A DNA stretch of 63,034 nucleotides, filler included, from Reticulomyxa filosa (Eukaryota; Protista; Foraminifera): the NCBI GenBank assembly GCA_000512085.1. It is 9 parts of 9 records of this genome, joined end to end, with 100 filler letters (N's around TTAATTAATTAA, not from the genome) between each part and the next. Parts side by side here need not be neighbours in the genome. Positions count along the whole stretch, not along the records: positions 22,761 to 50,292 come from ASPP01013689.1; 8 more parts are not named here. One strand, given 5' to 3'. The notes beneath the pieces are model-generated. The model was not told the origin of the DNA and made no database searches. It saw nothing but the letters and a program-made list of their open reading frames with translations. Made by a program: the position numbers and the translations under genes. This document shows, in pieces, positions 24,541-36,045 of the stretch. How positions within the stretch are numbered: the stretch's first letter is position 1; every line of letters starts with the position of its first letter.

Positions 24541-25525
24541 ATGATTGTTGCTTTCACATCAATGCACGCAACCCATGTTGTCAATGTTGTGGAAGTAATT
24601 TTTGACTTTTTAAAAAGGACACGACTATTTTGAAAAAACAGAAAAGATATTTTACATAAGAAAGGTATTTTTTATCCAACTTGATTAAAGCAAACAGCTC
24701 TAAGCCTGTTTTCATTTAATCAATGAATATCATATACCAAGAAATATGCGTTGAAATTAAAACAAGAAAAATCAATCAAAAAGGAAAAGGGAATATCTTT
24801 TTAATCAAATATTTTTTCTTTGCTAGTGAAGCCGTGTTCAATCAATTTTTCATCAAAGGACGCATTTACGAAAACACAATGCTCGAGTGACGAACTTTGA
24901 AAGGTGACACAAGTAAAAAAAAAGTTCATCTTTTATCAAGCAAAACTAAGGCTCAATCAATTTAATGAAGAATACAAAATAGCTTTTTTATAAATACAAT
25001 TCTCGCTTGTTTAAAATTTGAGAAAAAAAGATATTATGCATACTCAAGACATTAATCACTACTTAACGACTTTGAACAGACTTACTTACACAAAGCAATA
25101 AATAAATGATTTCAGCCTCTTTCAATCATTTTTTCTGGATGTGATGGTACGAAAAAAATTGTCACTTCTTGACCAAAAAGCCTAAATCTTTGATTAAAGT
25201 TAAACATGATTTCTTGGGGACAGTATCGAGTGTTCGCTCTTTCAAGCCCATAGAGTTTAAAATCTCTTTCCTAAAAATGTTAGACTTTTTCTTTCTTATA
25301 AATAAACTCTCCTTTTTCAAAATAAAATTTAAAGCTTGAGTCAATAGATATTGATTACACTTTATTGGTAAATTTATAATGTTTTGTGTTGATAATTCAT
25401 TTGTTCACTCAATATTTTTTGACGAGCCCGTGGAAAGTAAGAAAAAAAAGTTCCAAATTTTTTATCTTACGTCGTCACGTCATCATCCAGTTGAATTCAA
25501 GGAAAAGAACAATAAAATTGAAAAA

Positions 25526-26891
25526 ATGGGAAACTCTGTCAGTAAAAAAATTGTTTCAATAAAACTACCAGTGGTAAGTTCTATTTCAGTGCAATCCTTC
25601 AGAAAGCTAATTTTCTTTAAAATTTGATTGTATGTGACTTGAGATAAATCTATCAAAGAAAGAAGATATTAAAGTAATTATCCAATATTGGACTAGAATA
25701 TTAAACATTAAATTAGGATGGATTCATGAGCTTGACAAACTTGTTGCTAATTATGTTATGCTTTTTTTTCTTGTTTCCATTTAATATGTTCAGATATTTA
25801 TTTTAACACAGGTAATCACATTGTTCATGTTTGACACGTTTCGTTCATCATTCAAATTACTTAAGACTTTCACTGGGCACACTGACATTATATGGAGCAT
25901 TGATTATTCGACATTTAATGGTAGTCAATTCATTTGCTCTGGATCAGCTGATAAAACAGTTCGCGTATGGAATGTAGATGCTAATAAACAAATTCAATCA
26001 TTCAATGGACATTTAAGTTATGTATATTGCGTGAAATTCTCACACTATTATTATCGCCGCTACCGCAATGTAATTTGTTTTTCATCATTTGACAAAACAA
26101 TTCGTTTTTGGGATTTCAAAAATAATCAACAATTGCAAGTATTCAATGAACACACTAATTATGTTGCTGGAATTGAATTTTCAACATTTAATGGTGGTAG
26201 ATATTTGTGTTCTGGATCTGGTGATAATACTATTCGTTTATGGGATGTAGAAATAGCCAAATCATTGCATATTTTCAATGGACATACAAGTACTGTTTGG
26301 TGTGTGGATATTTCACCATTTCAAAGCAATAATACGGATAATAATAAAAGTAATACTATTGGTGTGATTGGTGGTAATGGATATACCATTTGTTCTGGAT
26401 CATGGGATGAAACAATTCGTATATGGGATATTGAAAAAGCCAAACAATTTATTGTATTCAAAGGACATAAAAATGGTGTTTGGAGTGTAAAATATGGATC
26501 AAATGAATTATTAAATACAATATTATCTGGATCAGAAGATAAAAGTGTTCGCTTGTGGGATATTCGATCTGGTAAACAAATCCAAGTGTTCAATGGACAC
26601 ACAGATCAAGTATTTGCAGTTGAATATTCACCACTTGTAGTAAAAAATATTGAAGTTAGTGGCAATTCAAATGTAATATGTTCTGGATCAACTGATGATA
26701 CAATTCGTTTTTGGGATATTCGATCAAATAAAAGTCAGTTGTATGGGATCAAAGAAAATAAAAAATGTAATGGAATAACAGGTCTTAAATTTATATCATT
26801 GACAAACAAAAACACAAATGATGTTAGCTTATGCTACGGTTCAGTTAAGGGTCCAATTCGTGTTTGGGGAAAAACTTCATTCTGCAAATAA
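25526..26891 (+). CDS. Intact WD40-repeat protein (exons 25526-25573, 25659-25754, 25812-26891) with a possible N-myristoylation start (MGNSVS)
   Basis: Repeats of F.GH...V.C...S....ICSGS.D.TIR.WD. Exon 2 encodes KEDIKVIIQYWTRILNIKLGWIHELDKLVANY. Confidence 0.9.
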
Positions 26892-27329
26892 ACTTTTTTA
26901 ATAAAGAAAATGCTTTTTTGCTTGTAAGTTTTCTATTGATCCATAGCTTAAAGGAAGTAAACAATGTTGTTATATTTTAGGAAAATAAGTCTATTTGTGT
27001 TCTACTCTAAAGTGTTTGAATAATGGGATATCTTTATTTTTGTATTTGGATCAAATGCATAAAGAAAGTATATCGTTGAAAGATAACCTTCGCTCATTAG
27101 ACACAACTGTCGACTTTCTTTATGGAGAAATCAATTTATATTTTTAAATACCAATTTTATTTCATTCTAATGTGTTTGATATAACTTTGTCAAAACTTAT
27201 TTGTATTTGATTACATAAAAAAGAAATCTACAAAAAATTGAAAATGAAGCATACCAAATTTGAAGCATTATTTCATCCGCTCATTTTTGTCTTCATGTGA
27301 GTTGATATTGTAATATTTTTTTCATGAAT

Positions 27330-27590
27330 TCCATATTCTAATGATAACGAAATTCGAATATGGGAAGCTAAACGGAGAAACAATTTAAAATATTAGAATG
27401 ACATTTTGATGCTGTAATGATTTAAAATATTTTCCAGACGGAAGCTCTTATTTTGTTCTTTGGTCATAATTCGATTGTGGAATATGAAAACAGGAAATGA
27501 AATACAAAGATTAATAAGCATTCATGTTGGATTGCAGGAATTGGTTTTTCTCCAAATGGTAGAGACAAAACAATTATCAGTTGAGATAAA
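27330..27590 (+). pseudogene. Highly degenerate WD40 remnant
   Basis: Scattered IRIWE, YFPDG, IRLWNMKTG and FSPNG pieces with frameshifts. Confidence 0.55.
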
Positions 27591-27852
27591 CAAAAAATCA
27601 TAAATATCAAAAAATAAAATCATTCCATTCTGAAAAAAATTGGACTGTCAAGATGGAACAAATCCAAATGAAAAAAAACTTCTTTTTCTTTTTAAAAATT
27701 GTCTCCAATTCCAAAACAGCAAGAAAAATATAGAAAACACAAAATGTTTAACGTGATCAATTGAATCTTACCATTTTTGCTCATAAAAAATGTGTATTTG
27801 AAAATTATACTCAACACAATAAATTCATTCAAAATAAAAAACAGTCCTTTCC

Positions 27853-28443
27853 TTAAGAAATATGATAAAACCCAAACAAATTCATTGATATGTACTTACA
27901 AATAGGACCACTGTATGAAAAGTAGCATAAATTAACAGTACAATCATTGTTTGTTTTTTTATTGATATTATCTTCTTTTCCAACTAGAAATTTAATACAT
28001 AATATTCCATCATCTTTTTTGTTTCCATTGATCACATATAATTCCTTTTTATTTAATCGAATATCCCAAAAACGAATTATATTGTCCCATGATCCCCATA
28101 AACGAATATTATTCCAGAACACAAATCTCTAGCACCACTAAATGATGAAAATTGAATTCCATAAACGCCAAATTAAGCAAATAAATATTTATATATTTTT
28201 TGATTCATAAACAAAAAAAAACATAACATAATTGACAATAAGTTTGTCAAAATCATTGATCCATCCTAATTTAATGTTTGATATTCGAATCCAATTTTGA
28301 AGAATTGTTGGATATCTTCTTCTGACTAATTAAAATCACGTTTAGAAAAACAAAATAAATTACGTATAGCAAACTTTCTCTGAACTTGGACTTACAAATG
28401 CTTGTCGCGTTAAAGTCTGTTTTTCATTATTCAGAGTATTCAT
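27853..28443 (-). pseudogene. Internally deleted WD40 gene, paralogous to 25526-26891
   Basis: Start exon at 28443 and a motif exon 28325-28228 (QNWIRISNIKLGWINDFDKLIVNY), followed by fused pieces (GIQFSSFSG..LCSG, GSWDNIIRFWDIR, DGILCIKF). Confidence 0.8.
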
Positions 28444-28676
28444 TCTTTTAATTTCTTTTGAGTTTGTTTAGATGACGTGGATGAAGAGTTCTTTGAACTT
28501 TTTTTCAAAAATGACGAAAGTGTTACAAAAAAACGACGTTTTCCCCTACAACTTGTATTACAACAATAAAAATCAATAGTTTAAAAAACTCAAAAAAAAA
28601 TCGATCATCTCTATAAAACATCGTTTTACGTGTTTTTTTGAAATTGTTCGACAATTAAGAAAAAAAGAGAAAAACG

Positions 28677-29845
28677 ATGAACAAAAGATACAATATTAAT
28701 TTTTTTTATGTTGAGGTCATATTTAAAGGATTATTGCTATGTAATTATGCAATAAAAATAGGGAAAAGAAGAGAAAAAGAAATGGTGGAAGAGATAGATG
28801 AAAAGGACAAACAAGAAATGATTGAAAATTTGAACGATTGTCAAGTGATAACTTTAGAAAGTTGCTGTTAAATCAAAGTAATGGAAATATGGTGTAAAGA
28901 ACAAAGATATATCATCAATTGATATCGCAATTGATGCTTACATTCATTATCATTTTATTAATGATGTTTTGTTTCTCTTTCTTTTTTTTTTGCAGTTTTA
29001 AAATTTAATAGACTATAGTTTATATCACTTTATTGAATAGAACACCAGAAAAAGAGCAGAACAAGCAGGAAAAAGCCAAAATGAAGACAACAAAGAAGAG
29101 AAAGTTCCAATTATGTTCTTTTTTGTTTTCGTTTTTGATTTAAATTACGATAAACAAAAATAAAATATAGGACAGCATATGTGATAGTGAATGAAAGAAA
29201 AAAATTGATAAAAATGAAGAACTGACTTTTGAATAGCTTCTTCGCCAAACTTATAATTGTTAGAACCGAATGCTTTCAACAATGAAAATTTAAAACTGTG
29301 ATTGGCTGATATAAAGAATAAGATGATTGAAACAGACGAAGCTATGATGAAAGAATTTGAAAGTAATGAACCCACATTTGAAATTATTTGGATTTCATTC
29401 CAACAGCCAATAATACTTGGGAAAACAAAAACAATAAAAAATACATTGGTGATAATGATTGCCATCAGTGAATATGATGACAATAATATGGAAAAATCTT
29501 ACAAATGTGAAAGAAAAAGATTTTTAAGACTTTAAACAATTGTTTGAACAAGAATTAAATTATGAAATTGTAAAGATAGTAATGATCTATCATATGGCCA
29601 TAATGATTATGGATTTTTGATGATTTGATCAACTACAAAAGGACAGCAAGTAGCCGACTTGTCATTGTTAAGCGAATATATAAAAAATATTGTTACATCA
29701 AAATATAAGAGCGGTTATCCATTCAAGCAAATACTGCAAGATATTAGTACAGAAATCCGAAGCAAAAAAAGCAGGAATATTATTGTATGAAAAGTCAGGA
29801 CACAGCTGATTATGACATCATTTTTCAATCCAAAAAATCGTGTAA
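28677..29845 (+). pseudogene. Caspase-like (peptidase C14 fold) pseudogene with a beta-grasp-like pre-domain; catalytic core deleted
   Basis: KNTLVIMIAISEYD..(W)KNL.NVKEKD..FKQLFEQELNYEIV (start of p20) jumps to STTKGQQVADLSLLS...IV.SKYKSGYPFKQIL.DI (p10-like), with stops and frameshifts. Confidence 0.7.
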
Positions 29846-30161
29846 ATCTTTTGAGATAAATAAGTAGACTGCTCGTTTGAGACTTTTTTGAATGGCATTA
29901 TTTTTGCCTGCTGTTTCTGTGTCTCAAATGGTTGGAAATATCGAATTGATTAACACTTTGTTTTGTTGTTTGTTTGAACAGTAAAAATAATAAAATATTT
30001 GAATGAAAAAAAAAACATAAATTGCAACAATTTTATCAAATCTCTATTGCAGAGTGGCCAGAGGCAAAACAGAATTATCAGAACATTCTTAAAAAATTTC
30101 TTCCTCTCCCTCCCCTTTTTCTTTTTTCATTGATTATCCATTAAGTTAAAAAAATTGAATA

Positions 30162-33018
30162 ATGAACGTGCCTGAAAACTTGAACAAGCAAACTTCGGAA
30201 TGGGCTGTTAAAGAGATGGCGAACATCTTTGAACTCCTAGACTTGGACGGTTAGTGTTCAAAACGTTTGAGAATATGAACTAGCACACTAAAAAACCAAC
30301 TAACCAAACAAAAGGCAATGGGGATCTGGATGAGTACGAATTTAAAACGGGTTTGCAATCTCTTCAAGTCAACATATCTCCAGAACAGGCAGTGGAGCTA
30401 TTCAAGCGAATAGATACGGAGAGTTAATTGGGAACTAAAGAAAAAGGAAAAAATATACAAACAATATATATGTATATATAAGAGGTATTACCTAACACAA
30501 AGAGACAAAAAGCAAAATAAAATTAAACAAATGGACAAACGCGCAGAAAATGGTTATGTTGACAAGGATTCATTTGTGACATGGTTGCGAAACGACAAAA
30601 ATATTCAAGAAGTGGAAGACTTTCGTCAGAAAATACGAAAGGGACTACAACACCTGGAAGTTGACCCCAATGCAGAAGTGGATGAATTGCAAATCGCATA
30701 TGAAATATCCGACAAAAATGCAAAGCAAATGGAGGAAGATGAAGTTGATATCAGTTTTTTATTTTATTATTATAAAATAAAACAAAGTGAAAACAAATAA
30801 GATTAAATGTATATAGCTTACAACTTGTATACATACATTCATACATAACATTATATATATATGTATATAAAAGGAAACACAAGGAGAAAGTGAGATGGAA
30901 GAAGACGAATCGGGGATGTTGTCATCACCCAATCCCCCAAGTGAGAACGACGCGGGTACGTATACAAACGCAAAAAAGAAAATGGCCACAAGCGATGCGC
31001 CAAAGCAGGAGCAAAACAAAAAGGAAAAGAATTTTCTGTTGGGGTCGCAGCCTCCTCAAAGCAAGAGCGGCAAAGGGGACGAAAAGATCACGGAAAAAAG
31101 CCCTACTCCATTGTCCGACATGGATGAAGACGAAAAGGCAATGCATAAAGAAATGACAAGATTGGTCAAACAAGTTTTGATAAAAAGTTGTTGTTTTTTT
31201 TTTTATATTAAAAATAATTGAAATTATGATGTTTTATTTTGTTTGAATAATGTTTTAGGAAAGCAACAAAGGAAACAGCGGTGATATGACTTTGCTTTCG
31301 TTGAAAGCCAATGGCATTGTGGACACACAGTCGGTAACGGAGGAAGACTATCAAACAGCGGCTGGGGGTGTCAGTGTGGCAATTGACGCCCAACAGCTAG
31401 TCAACACTGCCAGCAATCCCATTGAGCCAGTATCTGGTCGTTTCTCTCGTGGTAAGTTCTGTCGTTTTCGTGTTTGTAGAAATAATAAAAAACAAAGATA
31501 TTAAAGAAGAGAGAGAGGAGTTATTGGTTGATTTTTTTTTTTTTGCGATAGTATATGAAATTAACAGTGAGTAAATAAATAAACTTTACACACATAGAAA
31601 AAAGCGGAAGTGATCACCACAGCACAGTGTATCAACCACCTGCGCATGCTGGTGTGGGTATTCGCAAAGGGTCGGGGAGCAGCAAGGACACGAACAAGTC
31701 CGTGGGCTATGGCATGTATTCGAAGGAGGCAGAAATGGCGACGTTCGACCATCCTTTGCAACAGCCTTCTTCGAGACATGGAAGCTATGAGACTCCCAAT
31801 GGTGCAATTGCAACTGAACGCTACAGCTTTGACAAGACGATAGATATTGATCCCACTCCTCGCAATCCCAATCAATTTGCCAATATTAACAATGCTGTAT
31901 ATATCCTCCCTTCCACCGATATTTCGCAAATCACCGATCCTCTGCATCCGGATCCATCATTCTTTTCTACCAAAAGGGGCCACACTGATGACGAGGCTTC
32001 CACCAAACATTGGTGTGTACGTCTGTTGCAGTGGTACGCTTCCCTTTTTTCAATCCGAGTCAACTGCGTTTAGTTTTTTTTTTTTTCTTATTATAATAGT
32101 AAATTACTTGGCTCGAATAAATTAAATATGTATATACATATATGTACACATAAATGCTTTTCATAGCCTAATTCTGTATCACGGTGCAAACTTTGTATTG
32201 GCCGTCATTGCAATGACGACAATGGCACTTTGTTTGGCAATTGCTCTTTGTAAGTTGTTTGTTTTGATTTCATCTCTCTTTTCTTTGTCTGTTGTAGAAT
32301 TGGTTTTGTTGCTGTTGTTGTTTTGCAAAAGTGACGTTGCCTATCTGTTGCATGGGAGTTGTATTTTTATATGTGCTATGCGAATTGGGACGACTCTTTG
32401 GCAAAATAGACATTGCCTTGGCCTTGTATTTTTTCCCTCATATCTCTTCCCCAAATTTGCAATGTATATTCCCGTTAGTCATTCGGTGCAATGGAAGGAA
32501 AAATTTGCCGATTATATATCTGATCCTCACATTTTGAAGATTGTTGTCTATGAGTGCTTTATCAAAACCCCTATTGCTTTTTTTTTAAGTGGAATTTGCC
32601 TGATATTATTTAGTGGGGTTTTGGGAATCATGCTGTCGCCTCTCATGTATTGGATAACGCCAAGCTATTTCACAGATAACAAGTTCTGCTTGTTTGGCAG
32701 TGTCCAAAAAACCGATAACGGTATGTTTGTCTATCTCTTCATCAAAATAAAAAAATACATTCCAAGCTTATTTCAAATAAATATACAATTCATTTTGCTC
32801 AAAAAGGAAACATACATTGCAGTGGATGGGCTATTGTCGAGTTTGGAGATACAATTGGAGCATTTTTTTTATTCTTCCCAATTTTACCACTTACTATGCA
32901 TTTATGTCGTTATGGAGCCAGAGGATTACTCGCAGTGACAAATAACTTCTTAGCAATAGATGTTAGTACTACCACCAGAAAAAAAATTGAAAAACCTTTT
33001 AGGAGAACAAAACAGTAA
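30162..33018 (+). CDS. EF-hand pair + disordered linker + C-terminal multi-TM domain resembling the 'putative sensor' (PF13796-like) domain; about 9 exons, 1-nt shift at ~32430
   Basis: EF loops DLDGNGDLDEYE and DTExNGYVDKDS. The TM region reads LILYHGANFVLA..., GVVFLYVLCELGRLFGKIDIALA, WKEKFADYISDP..LKIVVY..FIKTPIA...LSPLMY and LTMHLCRYGA. Confidence 0.65.
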
Positions 33019-33580
33019 GCGCTGGGAAACAGTTGTGAAAATATAGTTATATAATAATGTGTCAAATTTTTTGAGCTACTTTTTCCAAATGTACCCAAAT
33101 GTATCTCATAGATTCGTTCTTTTCTAAGGATCAACCTGCAATATTTTTGTGTGTAAAATTGCGACTAAACAATGATTTTAAATTTGGTATGCAAATAATC
33201 ATATTTTATTTTTCATCAAAACCTTGCAAACGATGATTTGCTGCACAATACTTTCTCGAGAATTGAGACAAGTGAACGGAAAAGCGTTCGAGAGCAAGCA
33301 GAGCAAAAAAAGACAATTAAAAAATTATCCTTCTGCAAAAATTAATATTTCATAAAAGTACCAAAATGTAAGTTAAGAATTATTGTTCCAGGTGTTGGAC
33401 ATTTTATCTGACGTAGGTTTATGTTAAAACGGGACAAAAAAAGAGTGATAGACAATTGCTTATTTGTTGATTATGAGTAAATCAAGCATCCACGCTTTCA
33501 GCAGTCGAAATAACAATTGAAAAAAGAAAACAGCGATCCCGCAAAAATGTTACTGAAAAAACTTTTTATTGTGTTATTTT

Positions 33581-35529
33581 TTAAAACTTAAAAGTTTCTT
33601 TGTCGTACAATTTTTTATGATCTCTTGCGTTCTCTGTAATTCTCTTTCCTGTTTCTAAAATTTTAACTTTTGTCTTATTTTCTGCAATGAGTTGTTGATA
33701 CTTCTCCTTCATATTAGTATCTTCAGACATTTCCATTTTTTTGGTGTATAAGACAATTTCCGAATTTAAGACGGCTAGTCTTTCATTGGCATATTTCAAT
33801 TTATCGGTGTCGGAGACATCTCTGTGGAGATGAGGATCAGTAAGGTTTTTTTTGCGTTTGGAAGGAACAAGGTAAGGTGTGGGAAGAGTGCTCGAAGGTG
33901 TACCTACTTCTTCCATGCGCATATGTACGAGTGTTCTCTTTTTCGGAATAAAATTGGATGAGTCACGATATTTGGAATAATCATTTCGTATAGTCGCGCC
34001 ATTACCCGCTGCCACGTTCATATTATTATCATTTCCATTGTTATCATTTCCATTGTTATCATTTCCATTGTTATCATTTCCATTGTTATCATTCCATTGT
34101 TAGCATCGCCATCATTTCCTTCACTTTGATATGCGTTTTGTTTTTGCTGAACACGCGATTTAGCATGTGAAACATGGAATGATGTTTTTTGGGGAAGAGA
34201 TCAGCACTATTATGTTGTTGTTGTTGCGTAGGGAGATGTCTCTCTTGGAGCCATTTCTTTTGCACTTTTTTTTTTCTTCAGCTCGAGCACGCATTGCACA
34301 TTGAATGTCATCCAAAGACCGAATGTCGTGCTTGTTAAACCCGAGTCCCGAGTTTTTGCTAAAAATGTGAACGGGGACAGGCGACCTTTGCCCATCCTGT
34401 CCCTTGCCAATCCCCCGTCCATATTTATAGCCATACTTTTCCAAGTACTTCATACCGAAACGACTAGTGTGTTTCATCCACGCACAGTACTCACTCGACA
34501 CCGGTGTCGGTGACAGCAACGATATCACATCAACAACAACATTATTGGAATCGCCATCATTGATCGATATGTCAATCTCATTATTATTATTATTATTCGT
34601 GTGATTGGAATAAAGTGAAGACTTTCGATTGGAACGACAAGGGTTTTCAGGAATGCAACTAAATGACAAAATATGGTTTTTGTGAATATAAAAGATTTTG
34701 AAATCTTCGCATTTTTGAATGCGATAAAATGACGGGTTGTCTTTTTCTTGTTCGATTATTTTCCCTTTGTACCACAGCTTTGGATGTGTGTTGTCCCGCT
34801 TCACTTTGATCTGCCCATTGGCTATCAGCTCCTCCACGTCCGTCTCGTGTTGCCGCTTCCCCTTCATGCTGTTGTTAAACAGCACATCGTCGTTGGCTTT
34901 GAGAATCACATGCAACTCCAACGATTGATTGATCGGCACCATTCGATCTTGGGGAACAATCACGCTTTTTTTTTTTAAGTTTTAAAGGTTTTTAAAAAGG
35001 GGTTTTTTTTTTGTCTCACTTCAAAAACAATTATTGACGTGGTTCTACTTGTTTACCCATGAGAAAATCGACAAGACTGCTCATAAGAGCATTGACTGTT
35101 GTTATGGAAATATTCGCGACATGGAATCTCTGACTCCACTTGTGGAGTCATATGAATGACTTTGTATAGGTGTTGACGGCCTAATTCGTAGTTTTGATTG
35201 ATCACCTGCCGTGGCTCTGCTTGGGCTGATGGAGGGGGCGTTGGTGTTAGCTCTTGCTGTTGGTACTTTGGAGGTGGTGTTTGAGCTTCGTCACTATTGT
35301 TGCCGTCGACGCAAATGTCTGGGGTCTTTGCCAGAGGAGGGGTCACGTCTGTGTCTTTCACCTGCAACGGTGGAGTTGCTGCTGTTTCTGCTAACGTGCC
35401 AGTTTTGGGGGGAGAGGCAGCCTCCTCACTTGAAATAAGCTCAATTATTTTAGTACGACGATATTCATGGCCTATAAAAGACCAAATTAGATTGTTTACT
35501 TCATATACATGATCACCAAGATCTGCCAT
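33581..35529 (-). CDS. ZGPAT: ZGPAT-like protein (CCCH zinc finger, Tudor-like, G-patch)
   Basis: PCREYFHNNSQCSYEQSCRFSHG, LWYKGKI, the G-patch WMKHTSRFGMKYLEKYGYKYGRGIGKGQDG..PV and a C-terminal coiled coil ending HKKL...FKF. Apparent indels at ~34270 and ~34093. Confidence 0.8.
34026..34099. repeat. 15-bp coding minisatellite (TTATCATTTCCATTG) x4 plus one 14-bp copy, encoding (NGNDN)n
   Basis: Read directly from the sequence. Confidence 0.9.
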
Positions 35530-36045
35530 TTGAACTTAGACTTTATTTCATCGCGGGGGAAATCTAATTATTTTATTTGTCCGACGCAAACTTCTTTACT
35601 TTGTTTAGTTTAGATTAATGTCCAGTACGAAAAGAGTAACTACTTTTCACAAAGGGAACTCACAATAACAGAAAGGAATGTAGCAACTCGTTCTAAAAAG
35701 CAATATATTTTAAAATTTGGATTAAATGTTGTTTTTCAGGGAAAATTATCTCTATAAAACTGTCTAACCTTTTAAAAATTGTACTGTAATACAAGTGAAA
35801 AATCGGCACCCTTAGCATAGAGATTTTGTGTCAGTAATTTAAAAAACAAGAAATATTAGTTGTAATTTTTTAGTAAAATAGAAGAAGAATAAAAAAATGA
35901 ATGTAACCAATATTTAACAAAAAATTTTTACTAAATAAAGAAAAAAAATAGACAAAAACACCACTTATCATTGATGATTTAAATTTGAAAATATGGCCCA
36001 AATCACTTTGATTTTTCGAGCAATGTGATAGAGTGCGACCCACCA

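Noticed and set aside
32420-32445. Programmed frameshifting or a non-standard genetic code (shifts at ~4510, ~8435, ~32430, ~34270)
   Set aside because: Most shifts fall in or next to homopolymers or repeats, typical of sequencing error. Intact genes use standard stops, and no consistent recoding signal is visible.
34026-34099. Regularly spaced repeats resembling a CRISPR array
   Set aside because: Head-to-tail coding minisatellite with no spacers, in a eukaryotic gene.
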